Source: Sphingomonas sp. (GTDB lineage Bacteria; Pseudomonadota; Alphaproteobacteria; Sphingomonadales; Sphingomonadaceae). Taken from it: a stretch of 46,058 nt of DNA. Of the stretch, positions 38,459-46,058 are shown one piece after another. Where the stretch lies: positions 1 to 46,058 of the forward strand of contig JACDCV010000001.1 in assembly GCA_013817375.1 (NCBI GenBank). The letters are read 5' to 3'. The notes below the pieces were generated by a model. The model searched no databases and was not told the DNA's origin. It worked only from the letters and a program-made list of their open reading frames with translations. Position 1 is the first letter of the stretch. Every line of letters begins with the position of its first letter. The translations under genes were made by a program, and so were the position numbers.

Positions 38459-39496
38459 ATGAGCGTCGAGCTTAAGCCACTGGCCGAACAGACGATCGTC
38501 CTGACCGGCGCGACGAGCGGTAACGGTCTCGCGACCGCCCGCGAGGCGGCAGCGCGTGGTGCCCGCCTGGTGCTTGCGGCGCGCAATGGAGACGCTCTGG
38601 AAAAGATCGCGGACGAGCTTCGTGCGGGTGGCGCACAAGTCGTCACTTGCGTCGCCGACGTCGCCGTTGAAACCGACATGGAACGCTTGGCGGACGCCGC
38701 CATCGAAGCGTTCGGAGGCTTCGACACCTGGATCAACAACGCTGCGGCCGCCACTTACGGGAAAGTCGAGAAAATCCCGATGGAGGACCATCGCCGCGTT
38801 TTCGACGTGAATTATTTCGGGCTTCTCAAAGGTTCGCTCATCGCCGCAAGGCATCTTCGGAAGCGCGGCGGCGCAATCATCAATATCGGGTCAATTCTCT
38901 CGGACAGGCCAGCCATTCTCCAGGGGCCATATTCAGCCAGCAAACATGCAGTGAAGGCCGCGACCGACACTCTGAGGATGGAACTGGATGAAGAAGGCGC
39001 TCCGATTTCCGTAACGTTGATAAAGCCCGGCGCGATGCACACGCCTTACCCGGAACATGCGCGCAATTACATGGACGAGCCTGCCCGGCTCCCGCCGATT
39101 CTCTACAATCCGCGGCTTGTCGCGGACGCGATCCTGTTTGCAGCCGAGAACCCGCGCCGGCATTTGTATGTCGGCGGCTTTGGCTATCTGATCTCGCTTG
39201 GCGGCAGGCTGGCGCCGCGGATCGTCGACAAAGCGATGGTTCTGTTTGGCAGGCGTCTGCAGACCGACAGCAAGCGCCCGCCCGATCCTGCGTTGCAAGA
39301 CAATCTTTACGAGCCGAGAAAGGACGGCGCGGTGGACGGTCACCAGGATTATTACGTGCGCGGGACAAGCGTCTGGCTTCAGGCGCAGAAGCACCCTGTG
39401 GTCGCAACGGCAGCGACAGCTGCCGTCGCTGGCGTTGGCCTTTTCGCATGGAGCAGGCTCCGGGGCGCCACGGCACCGGCGAACGCCGTCCGCTGA
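38459..39496 (+). CDS. SDR-family oxidoreductase with C-terminal membrane anchor
   Basis: TGATSGNG, NNAA, YSASK, DNLYEP and a hydrophobic C-terminal tail. Confidence 0.9.
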   Translation: MSVELKPLAEQTIVLTGATSGNGLATAREAAARGARLVLAARNGDALEKIADELRAGGAQVVTCVADVAVETDMERLADAAIEAFGGFDTWINNAAAATYGKVEKIPMEDHRRVFDVNYFGLLKGSLIAARHLRKRGGAIINIGSILSDRPAILQGPYSASKHAVKAATDTLRMELDEEGAPISVTLIKPGAMHTPYPEHARNYMDEPARLPPILYNPRLVADAILFAAENPRRHLYVGGFGYLISLGGRLAPRIVDKAMVLFGRRLQTDSKRPPDPALQDNLYEPRKDGAVDGHQDYYVRGTSVWLQAQKHPVVATAATAAVAGVGLFAWSRLRGATAPANAVR

Positions 39497-39528
39497 TCGC
39501 GGATCGAAACGCGCCGAAAGTTTTCTAG

Positions 39529-39544
39529 CTAACGGCGCGTTAAC
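39529..39544 (+). promoter_or_regulatory. Candidate CtrA-binding site upstream of cheA
   Basis: CTAA-cggcgcg-TTAAC has one mismatch to TTAA-N7-TTAAC and lies about 50 nt before the cheA ATG. Confidence 0.6.
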
Positions 39545-39595
39545 TCCTCGCCTCCATAAGTCCCTCGACTGTTTGTGTTGGGGGCAATTTCGCCA

Positions 39596-41929
39596 ATGGA
39601 CGATTTGATTGCCGATTTCGTCGCGGAATCGCGCGAGATGCTCGAATCTCTGGGCGGAGAGGTCGTCGCCTGGGAAGCCAATCCCGACGACCGCTCGCGG
39701 CTCGATTCGATCTTCCGCTTCGTCCACACCGTCAAAGGCAATTGCGGCTTCTTCGAATTCCCGCGGCTGGAGGCTCTCAGCCACGCCGCCGAAGATGCGC
39801 TCGCCGACGTCCGTGCCGGGCGCCGCCAGGCCGATGGCCCGCTGGTCAGCGCGGTCCTCGCGATTCTCGACCGGATCGGCGAGATGGTCAGCGCGATCGA
39901 GAATGGCGACGAAATGCCGTCGAGCGACGATATGCCGCTGATCGAGGCGCTTGAGCCAGGCGCCGAAGGCGCTGCGATTCCTGCAGCTTCAGCCGCTGCG
40001 GACCAGGCGAGAGGCGCTGCACCGCGAACTATCCGGCTGTCGGTCGAGCTCCTTGACCGGGTGATGAGCACGGTTTCCGACATGGTGCTTGCCCGCAACG
40101 AGCTTGCCCGCCGGCTCCGCGAAGCGTCGACCGACGTCCCCGTCGACGGGGCGTTCGAGCGACTGTCGAGCATCATCGCCGAAATGCGCGACGCGATCAC
40201 GCGCACCCGGATGCAGCGGATCGAAAATCTGTTCGTCGCTCTTCCGCGAATGGTTCGCGACCTGTCGGCGGAGCTTGGCAAGCAGGTCCTGGTCGATATC
40301 GAGGGCGGCGACGTCGAGCTCGATCGCGAGATGATCGAGATGATCCGCGATCCGCTGACCCACATCATTCGCAATGCCGTCGACCACGGCATCGAGACTC
40401 CCGCCGAGCGGCTCAAGGCCGGCAAGCGCGAGATTGGCCTGCTGTGCGTTTCGGCGCGGCAGTCGGGCAACCAGATATTGATCGACATCCAGGACGACGG
40501 CCGCGGGATCGACGGCCGCAAACTGGTCGAAAAGGCGATTGCCTCCGGGACTCTCGAGAAAGCGGAAGCGGCCAAACTTAGCCCACGCGAACAGCTTGCG
40601 CTGGTTTTCGAGGCGGGCCTGTCTACGGCGAGCGAGGTGACCGCCATTTCCGGCCGCGGGGTCGGAATGGACGTCGTCCGGTCGAACGTCGAACGGATCG
40701 GCGGGATCGTCGAGATCGACAGCGTTCCCGGCCAGGGCACCCGGATGACTTTGAGGGTGCCGCTGACTCTGACTATCATCCCGGCTCTCACGGTCTCGAT
40801 CGGCTCCCAGAACTTCGCGATTCCGCGCTCTGCCATTGTCGAGATCGTCCGTGCGAACGGAGCAGCAGTCACCATCGAGAGCCTCGGCGGCGCCGGCGTT
40901 GCAACCATCCGCGGCAAGCGAATGCCCGAAGTGGCGCTTGCCGACGTGCTCGGGCTTGCAAGCGCAATCCCTGACGAGGAGCGCAACCTCGTCGTCCTCA
41001 GGCCTGCTGGAGGCGATGTCTATGCGCTCGCCGTCGACAGGATTCACGACCATGAGGAGCTGGTGGTCAAGCCCGCCGCCCCCGCGGTGATGGCCACCGG
41101 CCTCTATGCAGGCACCACGCTCGCCGACGACGGCAGCCCGATCCTCCTGTTCGACCCTGCCGGCCTTGCCGAAGTCGGCGGAGTGAAGCTCGAGGCGCAG
41201 GAGCGGGCAGTGCGAATTGCCGAAAAACCAACTGCAGCGATTGCCCAGGCGGTTTCCGTGCTTCTGTTCCGCGGCCTCGATGGCGGCCGCCGGGCGCTCA
41301 GGCTCGGGGTCGTCGACCGGATCGAGGAAGTGCCGGTCGGATCAGTCAAGCCCGGCGCCGGCCAGCTTCGGGTTCAGCTTGGCGAAGCGATACTTCCGCT
41401 CGCCGGGGTCAACGGTGATCTGCCAGACGAAAAGGTGCGCGTGTTCCGGCTCAACGACGGAGCCCAGGAGATCGGCTATGCGTTCCGCGAGGTAATCGAC
41501 CTCTCGACGATCGAGCGCGAGATCATCCCCGCCGACAATCCGGGCGAGATCAGCGGAGTGACTCTCATCGAAGGCGAGCCCGCCGAGCTGGTCGATGCTC
41601 ACTGGCTGTTCGCAAGCCACCTCGGCACCTCGGCACGAAAAGGCGGCGACCTCCCGCTGTGCCGGCTGCCCGGAGAGGATCCCTGGATGCAGAACATGCT
41701 CCGGCCGATCGTCGAAGCCGTCGGCTACCGGGTCGTCGGCGACGAACATGAAGGCGAAACGGATCTCGTCATCGCGACCGACGGCAAGCCGGCGGACACA
41801 AAGGGCTCGCGCAAGATCGTGCTTCGCTCCGCGCCCGACGCCGCCGGCGACGATGACGGCAGCATCTATCGCTACGACCGGGCCGGTCTGCTGATGGCGC
41901 TCAAATCTGCCAGTGCGGGGGGCGCATAA
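39596..41929 (+). CDS. cheA: Chemotaxis histidine kinase CheA
   Basis: Hpt FRFVHTVKG, HIIRNAVDHG, DDGRG, SGRGVGMDVV, and two CheW-like domains. Confidence 0.95.
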   Translation: MDDLIADFVAESREMLESLGGEVVAWEANPDDRSRLDSIFRFVHTVKGNCGFFEFPRLEALSHAAEDALADVRAGRRQADGPLVSAVLAILDRIGEMVSAIENGDEMPSSDDMPLIEALEPGAEGAAIPAASAAADQARGAAPRTIRLSVELLDRVMSTVSDMVLARNELARRLREASTDVPVDGAFERLSSIIAEMRDAITRTRMQRIENLFVALPRMVRDLSAELGKQVLVDIEGGDVELDREMIEMIRDPLTHIIRNAVDHGIETPAERLKAGKREIGLLCVSARQSGNQILIDIQDDGRGIDGRKLVEKAIASGTLEKAEAAKLSPREQLALVFEAGLSTASEVTAISGRGVGMDVVRSNVERIGGIVEIDSVPGQGTRMTLRVPLTLTIIPALTVSIGSQNFAIPRSAIVEIVRANGAAVTIESLGGAGVATIRGKRMPEVALADVLGLASAIPDEERNLVVLRPAGGDVYALAVDRIHDHEELVVKPAAPAVMATGLYAGTTLADDGSPILLFDPAGLAEVGGVKLEAQERAVRIAEKPTAAIAQAVSVLLFRGLDGGRRALRLGVVDRIEEVPVGSVKPGAGQLRVQLGEAILPLAGVNGDLPDEKVRVFRLNDGAQEIGYAFREVIDLSTIEREIIPADNPGEISGVTLIEGEPAELVDAHWLFASHLGTSARKGGDLPLCRLPGEDPWMQNMLRPIVEAVGYRVVGDEHEGETDLVIATDGKPADTKGSRKIVLRSAPDAAGDDDGSIYRYDRAGLLMALKSASAGGA

Positions 41930-42366
41930 TGAACGAGCTACTGCTTATCGTCACGATCGCCGGCGAGCGCGTCGCGCTTCCGTCGGCTGCCGTCGAATCG
42001 GTTGTCGAGCTGGATACTTTGATCCCGGTCCCGCGCGCCGCTTCGCATGTGGCGGGCCTTTCCGCGCTTCGAAGCCGGGTCCTGACCGTGATCGACTGCA
42101 TGTGTTCGCTCGAGCTTGGATCCACCGATTGTTCGGACGGGATCCGAGAAGCCGCCGTCGTCGAGCTCGACGGCCACCATTATGCGCTCCTGGTCGATGC
42201 GGTCGAGGATGTCGTCGAAGCACTGGCCGAACCGACGCCGGTGCGCGCCGCGATGGGACGGGGCTGGGAGCGAGTGGCCAACGGCATGGTCGAAACCGAG
42301 TCCGGGCCGCTTTTGCTGATCGACGTCGCTGCATTGGTCGCCGGTCTCGAAGTTCGCGCGGCTTAA
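41929..42366 (+). CDS. cheW: Chemotaxis adaptor CheW
   Basis: PVPRA..HVAGL..LRSRVLTVID and ALLVDAV. TAATG-coupled to cheA. Confidence 0.92.
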   Translation: MNELLLIVTIAGERVALPSAAVESVVELDTLIPVPRAASHVAGLSALRSRVLTVIDCMCSLELGSTDCSDGIREAAVVELDGHHYALLVDAVEDVVEALAEPTPVRAAMGRGWERVANGMVETESGPLLLIDVAALVAGLEVRAA

Positions 42367-42423
42367 GCTCTTCGTTACCCTTGCGCTGTACTGATCATTG
42401 AACACGAGCGGGAATCCTGAAGC

Positions 42424-42789
42424 ATGAAAAGCTGTTTGATCGTCGACGACTCCAAGGTGATCCGGAAGGTCGCGAGGCATATCCTCGAAACCCTCCAGTT
42501 CGAGGTCGAGGAAGCAGGCGACGGCCAGGAAGCGCTGACTCGCTGCGAAGAGAAGATGCCGGACGTCGTCCTTCTCGACTGGAACATGCCGGTAATGAGC
42601 GGGATGGAGTTTCTTCGGCTGCTTCGCCAGCGCGGGCACGAGAACCAGCCCAAGGTCGTGTTCTGCACGACCGAGAACGACATGGCCCATATCCGCGCCG
42701 CGCTCGAAGCTGGCGCCGACGAATATGTGATGAAGCCGTTTGACCGAGAGACGCTGCACGTAAAGCTGCAACTCGTCGGCGTCGCTTAA
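42424..42789 (+). CDS. cheY: Chemotaxis response regulator CheY
   Basis: IVDDS, LLDWNMP, FCTTE and YVMKPF; inside the che cluster. Confidence 0.92.
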   Translation: MKSCLIVDDSKVIRKVARHILETLQFEVEEAGDGQEALTRCEEKMPDVVLLDWNMPVMSGMEFLRLLRQRGHENQPKVVFCTTENDMAHIRAALEAGADEYVMKPFDRETLHVKLQLVGVA

Positions 42790-42798
42790 GCCCGCATA

Positions 42799-43905
42799 AT
42801 GGAGCGGGCGCTCGCAAAATCGCGGGATCGCCAGGAGGCGCCACGGGCGGCTTGCCGTCGAATCCGAATGATGATCGTCGATGATTCGATGATCGCCCGG
42901 GCTGTCCTGTCGCGAATGATCGAAAGCGACGGCGCCTTCGAAATCTCGGCCGTCGCCGGGACTGCCGAGGATGCCATTGACGCTCTTCAATCGGTCAAGG
43001 TCGATATCATCCTCCTCGACCTGGAAATGCCGGGAGCAGGGGGGCTCAAGCTTATCCCCGACATCGTCAGGGCCGGTGTCGGCGCTAGGATCATGATAGT
43101 CTCGTCACTCGCCGATGACGGCAAAGAGCATGCGGTCCAAGCACTTGCGCTCGGGGCCGTCGACGCAATGCCCAAGCCCGGCACCGGCCGGTTCAACGGC
43201 CGCTTCGCAGAGGTCCTGATCTCGAGGCTCAAGGCAATCGGTTTTGCGGACGACAATCGCCCGCTTGCGCAACCGATCAAGCTTCAGGGGTGCGGCCCGC
43301 TCCGTGCGATGCCGGCCGACCCGATCGGCTTGCTCGCGGTCGGAGCATCCACCGGCGGGATTCGCTCCATTGCCAGCCTGTTCCAGGCGCTCCCGCCGCT
43401 TATCGACGTGCCTATTCTCGTCACTCAGCATTTGCCCGCCCCGTTCATGTCGGTGTTCGCCCGCCAGCTTGGCATCGCATCCCGCCGCGAGGCCGTGGTC
43501 GCCGAGGACGGAACCCGGCTTCTCCCCGATCGCATCGTGATTGCCCCAGGCGACGCTCACCTGACGGTCGAGCCGGCGCCCGGCGGTCATGTCGTGAGGC
43601 TGGTGCGCGAGCCGTCGCCCAGCGGCTGCCTGCCGTCGGTCGATCCGATGTTCGCCTCGGCCGGAGTGGAGTTCGGATCGTCCGCGGTCGGGGTAATCAT
43701 GACCGGAATGGGCCGCGACGGCGTCGAAGGCGCCAGGCGCCTGGTCGCGTGCGGCGGGTCGATCCTTGCCCAGGACGAAGCCAGCTGTGCGGTCTGGGGG
43801 ATGCCCCGCGCGATTATCGAGGCTGGCCTCGCCTGTGCGGTGATGACGCCCGAAAAGATGGGGCGGCGAATCGCCTCGCGGACCGGAGACGGCACGTGCA
43901 GGTAA
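42799..43905 (+). CDS. cheB: Chemotaxis methylesterase CheB (receiver + esterase)
   Basis: IVDDS, LDLEMP, GASTGG, TQHL, PSVD, TGMGRDG and VWGMP. Confidence 0.93.
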   Translation: MERALAKSRDRQEAPRAACRRIRMMIVDDSMIARAVLSRMIESDGAFEISAVAGTAEDAIDALQSVKVDIILLDLEMPGAGGLKLIPDIVRAGVGARIMIVSSLADDGKEHAVQALALGAVDAMPKPGTGRFNGRFAEVLISRLKAIGFADDNRPLAQPIKLQGCGPLRAMPADPIGLLAVGASTGGIRSIASLFQALPPLIDVPILVTQHLPAPFMSVFARQLGIASRREAVVAEDGTRLLPDRIVIAPGDAHLTVEPAPGGHVVRLVREPSPSGCLPSVDPMFASAGVEFGSSAVGVIMTGMGRDGVEGARRLVACGGSILAQDEASCAVWGMPRAIIEAGLACAVMTPEKMGRRIASRTGDGTCR

Positions 43906-44765
43906 GCGACAGCTCGAGCCGAATCCTCGCCGGCCTGCTCGAGGCGCGAACCGGCCAGCAACTAACGATGAACCGTCGCTGGAGGATCGAAACGGCGCTT
44001 TCGGCGCTGCTTCGCGAGCGCGGGATCTCCACCCTCGACGAGCTGATCACGATTCTGGTGATGGGCAAGGAGCCGGCTCTCTCCAACCTGGTTGTCGAGG
44101 CGCTTCTCAACAACGAGACCTATTTTTTCCGCGATCGGGCTCCGTTCGACCTGCTCGCCCGTCACGCGCTTCCACAGCTCGCGACCAAGCGCCATTCGTC
44201 CAAGCGCATCAGGATATGGTCGGCGGGCTGCTCGACCGGCCAGGAAGCTTATTCGCTGGCAATGCTCTTCGCCGAAAATGCCGAGCAGTGGCGCGGCTGG
44301 ACGATCGATGTGCTGGGGACCGACGTCTCCTCGACGGTCGTCGATCGTGCCCGCAACGGCACCTACAGCCAGTTCGAAGTCCAGCGCGGCCTTGGAATCA
44401 ACCAGATGATCCGTTGGTTCGAGGAACGCGACGATGGCTGGCGCGCGGTCGAGCCGATCCGCAAGTCGGTTCGCTTCCAGGTGCATAATCTGCTCGAAAC
44501 GCCGCCGCACCCGGGGGAGTTCGACATCGTCCTTTGCCGCAACGTCCTTCTCTATCTGGCGGCCGACAAGCGCCGCCTTGCCTTCGACCGTCTTGCTTCG
44601 GCAGTGGCGAGCGACGGCTGCCTGATGCTTGGCGCCGGCGAGACGGTGATCGGGCAGACCGACCGGTTCGCGGCAGATGTCGAGGCCCGCGGTCTCTACC
44701 GCCGGACCGACGGCGATGCGATCGTCGAAAAGCGCGGGGCCGACCGGAGGGCCGCCAAGGCTTGA
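43896..44765 (+). CDS. cheR: Chemotaxis methyltransferase CheR
   Basis: NNETYFFRD, IWSAGCSTGQEAYS, GTDVS, CRNVLLY and LGAGE. GTG start at 43896. Confidence 0.94.
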   Translation: MQVSDSSSRILAGLLEARTGQQLTMNRRWRIETALSALLRERGISTLDELITILVMGKEPALSNLVVEALLNNETYFFRDRAPFDLLARHALPQLATKRHSSKRIRIWSAGCSTGQEAYSLAMLFAENAEQWRGWTIDVLGTDVSSTVVDRARNGTYSQFEVQRGLGINQMIRWFEERDDGWRAVEPIRKSVRFQVHNLLETPPHPGEFDIVLCRNVLLYLAADKRRLAFDRLASAVASDGCLMLGAGETVIGQTDRFAADVEARGLYRRTDGDAIVEKRGADRRAAKA

Positions 44766-44796
44766 CCGCGCGGCGCACTCGTGCGCCATTTCCGCA

Positions 44797-45477
44797 ATGC
44801 AGTTCGTCGACCGGCCCTCGCCCAATTTCGATGAGCGCGAGCTGCCGGTCTCGATGATCGTGCTCCATTATACCGGAATGCCCGATTGCGAAGGCGCTCT
44901 TGCGCGATTGTGCTCGCCCGACGCGAAAGTCTCCGCCCATTATTGCATCGATGAAGACGGGACGATTTACCGGATGGTGGATGAGTCGAAGCGCGCCTGG
45001 CACGCCGGCAAGTCGCGCTGGCGCGGGATGAGCGACGTCAATTCGGCAAGCGTCGGCATAGAAATCGTCAATCCCGGCCATGAGTTCGGTTACCGCCCGT
45101 TCCCCGACGAGCAGATCGCTGCGCTCATCCCGCTGGTCGCCGAGATCAAGGACCGGCACGGTATCGGCCGAGGCAATATCGTCGGCCATTCCGACATCGC
45201 TCCTGCTCGCAAGGAAGACCCCGGCGAGCTGTTCCCCTGGGAAGCGCTCGCCAGGCGGCGGCTCGCTCTTCCCAGCCCCACGCGCGAGCTCGTCGACCCG
45301 TTCTGGACGGACGCGGGCTTCCTGCTGGCGCTGGAGCGATTCGGCTTTGACGTGACCGACCCGCAGAAGGCCGTCATCGCTTTCCAGCGCCGGTTCCGAC
45401 CCGACCGCATCGATGGAGTGATCGACGGCCAATGCAGGGCCAAGCTCCTGTCGCTCCTGCTGCCCAGGCCTCAATAG
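44797..45477 (+). CDS. N-acetylmuramoyl-L-alanine amidase (Amidase_2, AmpD/AmiD-like) with C-terminal PG-binding region
   Basis: SPNFDER, VLHYT, VSAHY, AWHAG, GIE, GHSDIAP.RK.DPG and AFQRRFRP. Confidence 0.92.
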   Translation: MQFVDRPSPNFDERELPVSMIVLHYTGMPDCEGALARLCSPDAKVSAHYCIDEDGTIYRMVDESKRAWHAGKSRWRGMSDVNSASVGIEIVNPGHEFGYRPFPDEQIAALIPLVAEIKDRHGIGRGNIVGHSDIAPARKEDPGELFPWEALARRRLALPSPTRELVDPFWTDAGFLLALERFGFDVTDPQKAVIAFQRRFRPDRIDGVIDGQCRAKLLSLLLPRPQ

Positions 45478-45485
45478 GCAAAGAA

Positions 45486-45869
45486 GTGACCGGGCGGCCT
45501 TCGCTGCAACGCCTGAAAAATTGGGCGGCGCGACTCAAGCGGGACGTAATTGCCTTGTGGCTTGCCGCACGCGATCCTCGCGTTCCCTGGTATGCCAAGG
45601 CCGTTGCTGCCGCAGTGGCCGCTTATGCGCTTTCGCCGATCGATCTGATCCCGGACTTCATTCCGGTCCTTGGCTATCTGGACGACCTGCTGATCGTCCC
45701 GCTCGGTATCTGGGTCGCCGTCAGGCTGGTGCCCGAAGCCGTCATGATCGACCTTCGCGCAAAGGCGCTCGAGCGCAGCAGGCCGACGTCAACGGTGGGC
45801 CTGGTCGGCATCCTGCTGATCTGGATAAGCGCTGCTTCGCTGACGCTCTGGCTGTTCTGGCCTCGCTGA
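45486..45869 (+). CDS. YkvA/DUF1232-family membrane protein
   Basis: RDPRVPWYAK and YALSPIDLIPDFIPVLGYLDD. Confidence 0.9.
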   Translation: MTGRPSLQRLKNWAARLKRDVIALWLAARDPRVPWYAKAVAAAVAAYALSPIDLIPDFIPVLGYLDDLLIVPLGIWVAVRLVPEAVMIDLRAKALERSRPTSTVGLVGILLIWISAASLTLWLFWPR

Positions 45870-45952
45870 TTGAGCGGCCGCTGATACCTGCCTGGAAGCT
45901 GAAATCACGAAACGTCTCGAAAAGGCCCGGCCGATCGCCTATATCGCCCTCA

Positions 45953-46058
45953 CCAGAGGGCCGGGCGGCCGCGGCGGGGACTTGTCCCCGGCGAGGAAAG
46001 TCCGGGCTCCACGGAACAACGGTGCCGGGTAACTCCCGGCCGGTCTTGCGAAAGCGGG
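45953..46058 (+). ncRNA. rnpB: RNase P RNA, type A, 5' part (runs off the window)
   Basis: CCAG..GGCCGGGCGGCCGC 5' end and the universal GAGGAAAGTCCGGGC (45993-46007), followed by GGTGCCGGGTAAC. Confidence 0.95.

Noticed and set aside
42363-42378. Possible CtrA site before cheY (TTAA...TTAC)
   Set aside because: The spacing is 8 rather than 7, and the first half-site includes the cheW stop codon.

Overview
A GC-rich alphaproteobacterial chromosomal segment. Gene content and order point to Sphingomonadaceae (inference). It is mostly conserved core genes: a trmH-like methyltransferase, the ptsH-EIIA(Man)-rapZ-hprK-chvG-chvI block divergent from pckA, greB, a soluble lytic transglycosylase, dapA-smpB, an M13 peptidase, cckA plus a single-domain response regulator, recA with two LexA boxes, an MFS exporter, a peptidase and an agmatinase, EF-G2, tandem yihY genes, rluD-rpoH, chpT, cheAWYBR, an amidase and the 5' end of rnpB. 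I saw no transposase, integrase, phage gene, tRNA, rRNA or CRISPR array. The most unusual part is about 23.0-30.4 kb, a surface-glycan locus. There kdsD/kpsF and kdsA are reduced to 48-aa and 35-aa stubs that the ORF track does not list separately. Both stubs keep their start/stop coupling, while kdsB, a HAD-IIA phosphatase (candidate non-orthologous KdsC), a CDI-like GT-A protein, two ELM1-family proteins and a flippase are intact. Other signals are two further probable deletion scars (170-238 and 7624-8008), a REP-like inverted repeat (590-661), a perfect 30-bp palindrome covering an RBS (7594-7623), and candidate EcfG and CtrA sites. All family calls come from motif recognition; no database searches were run.
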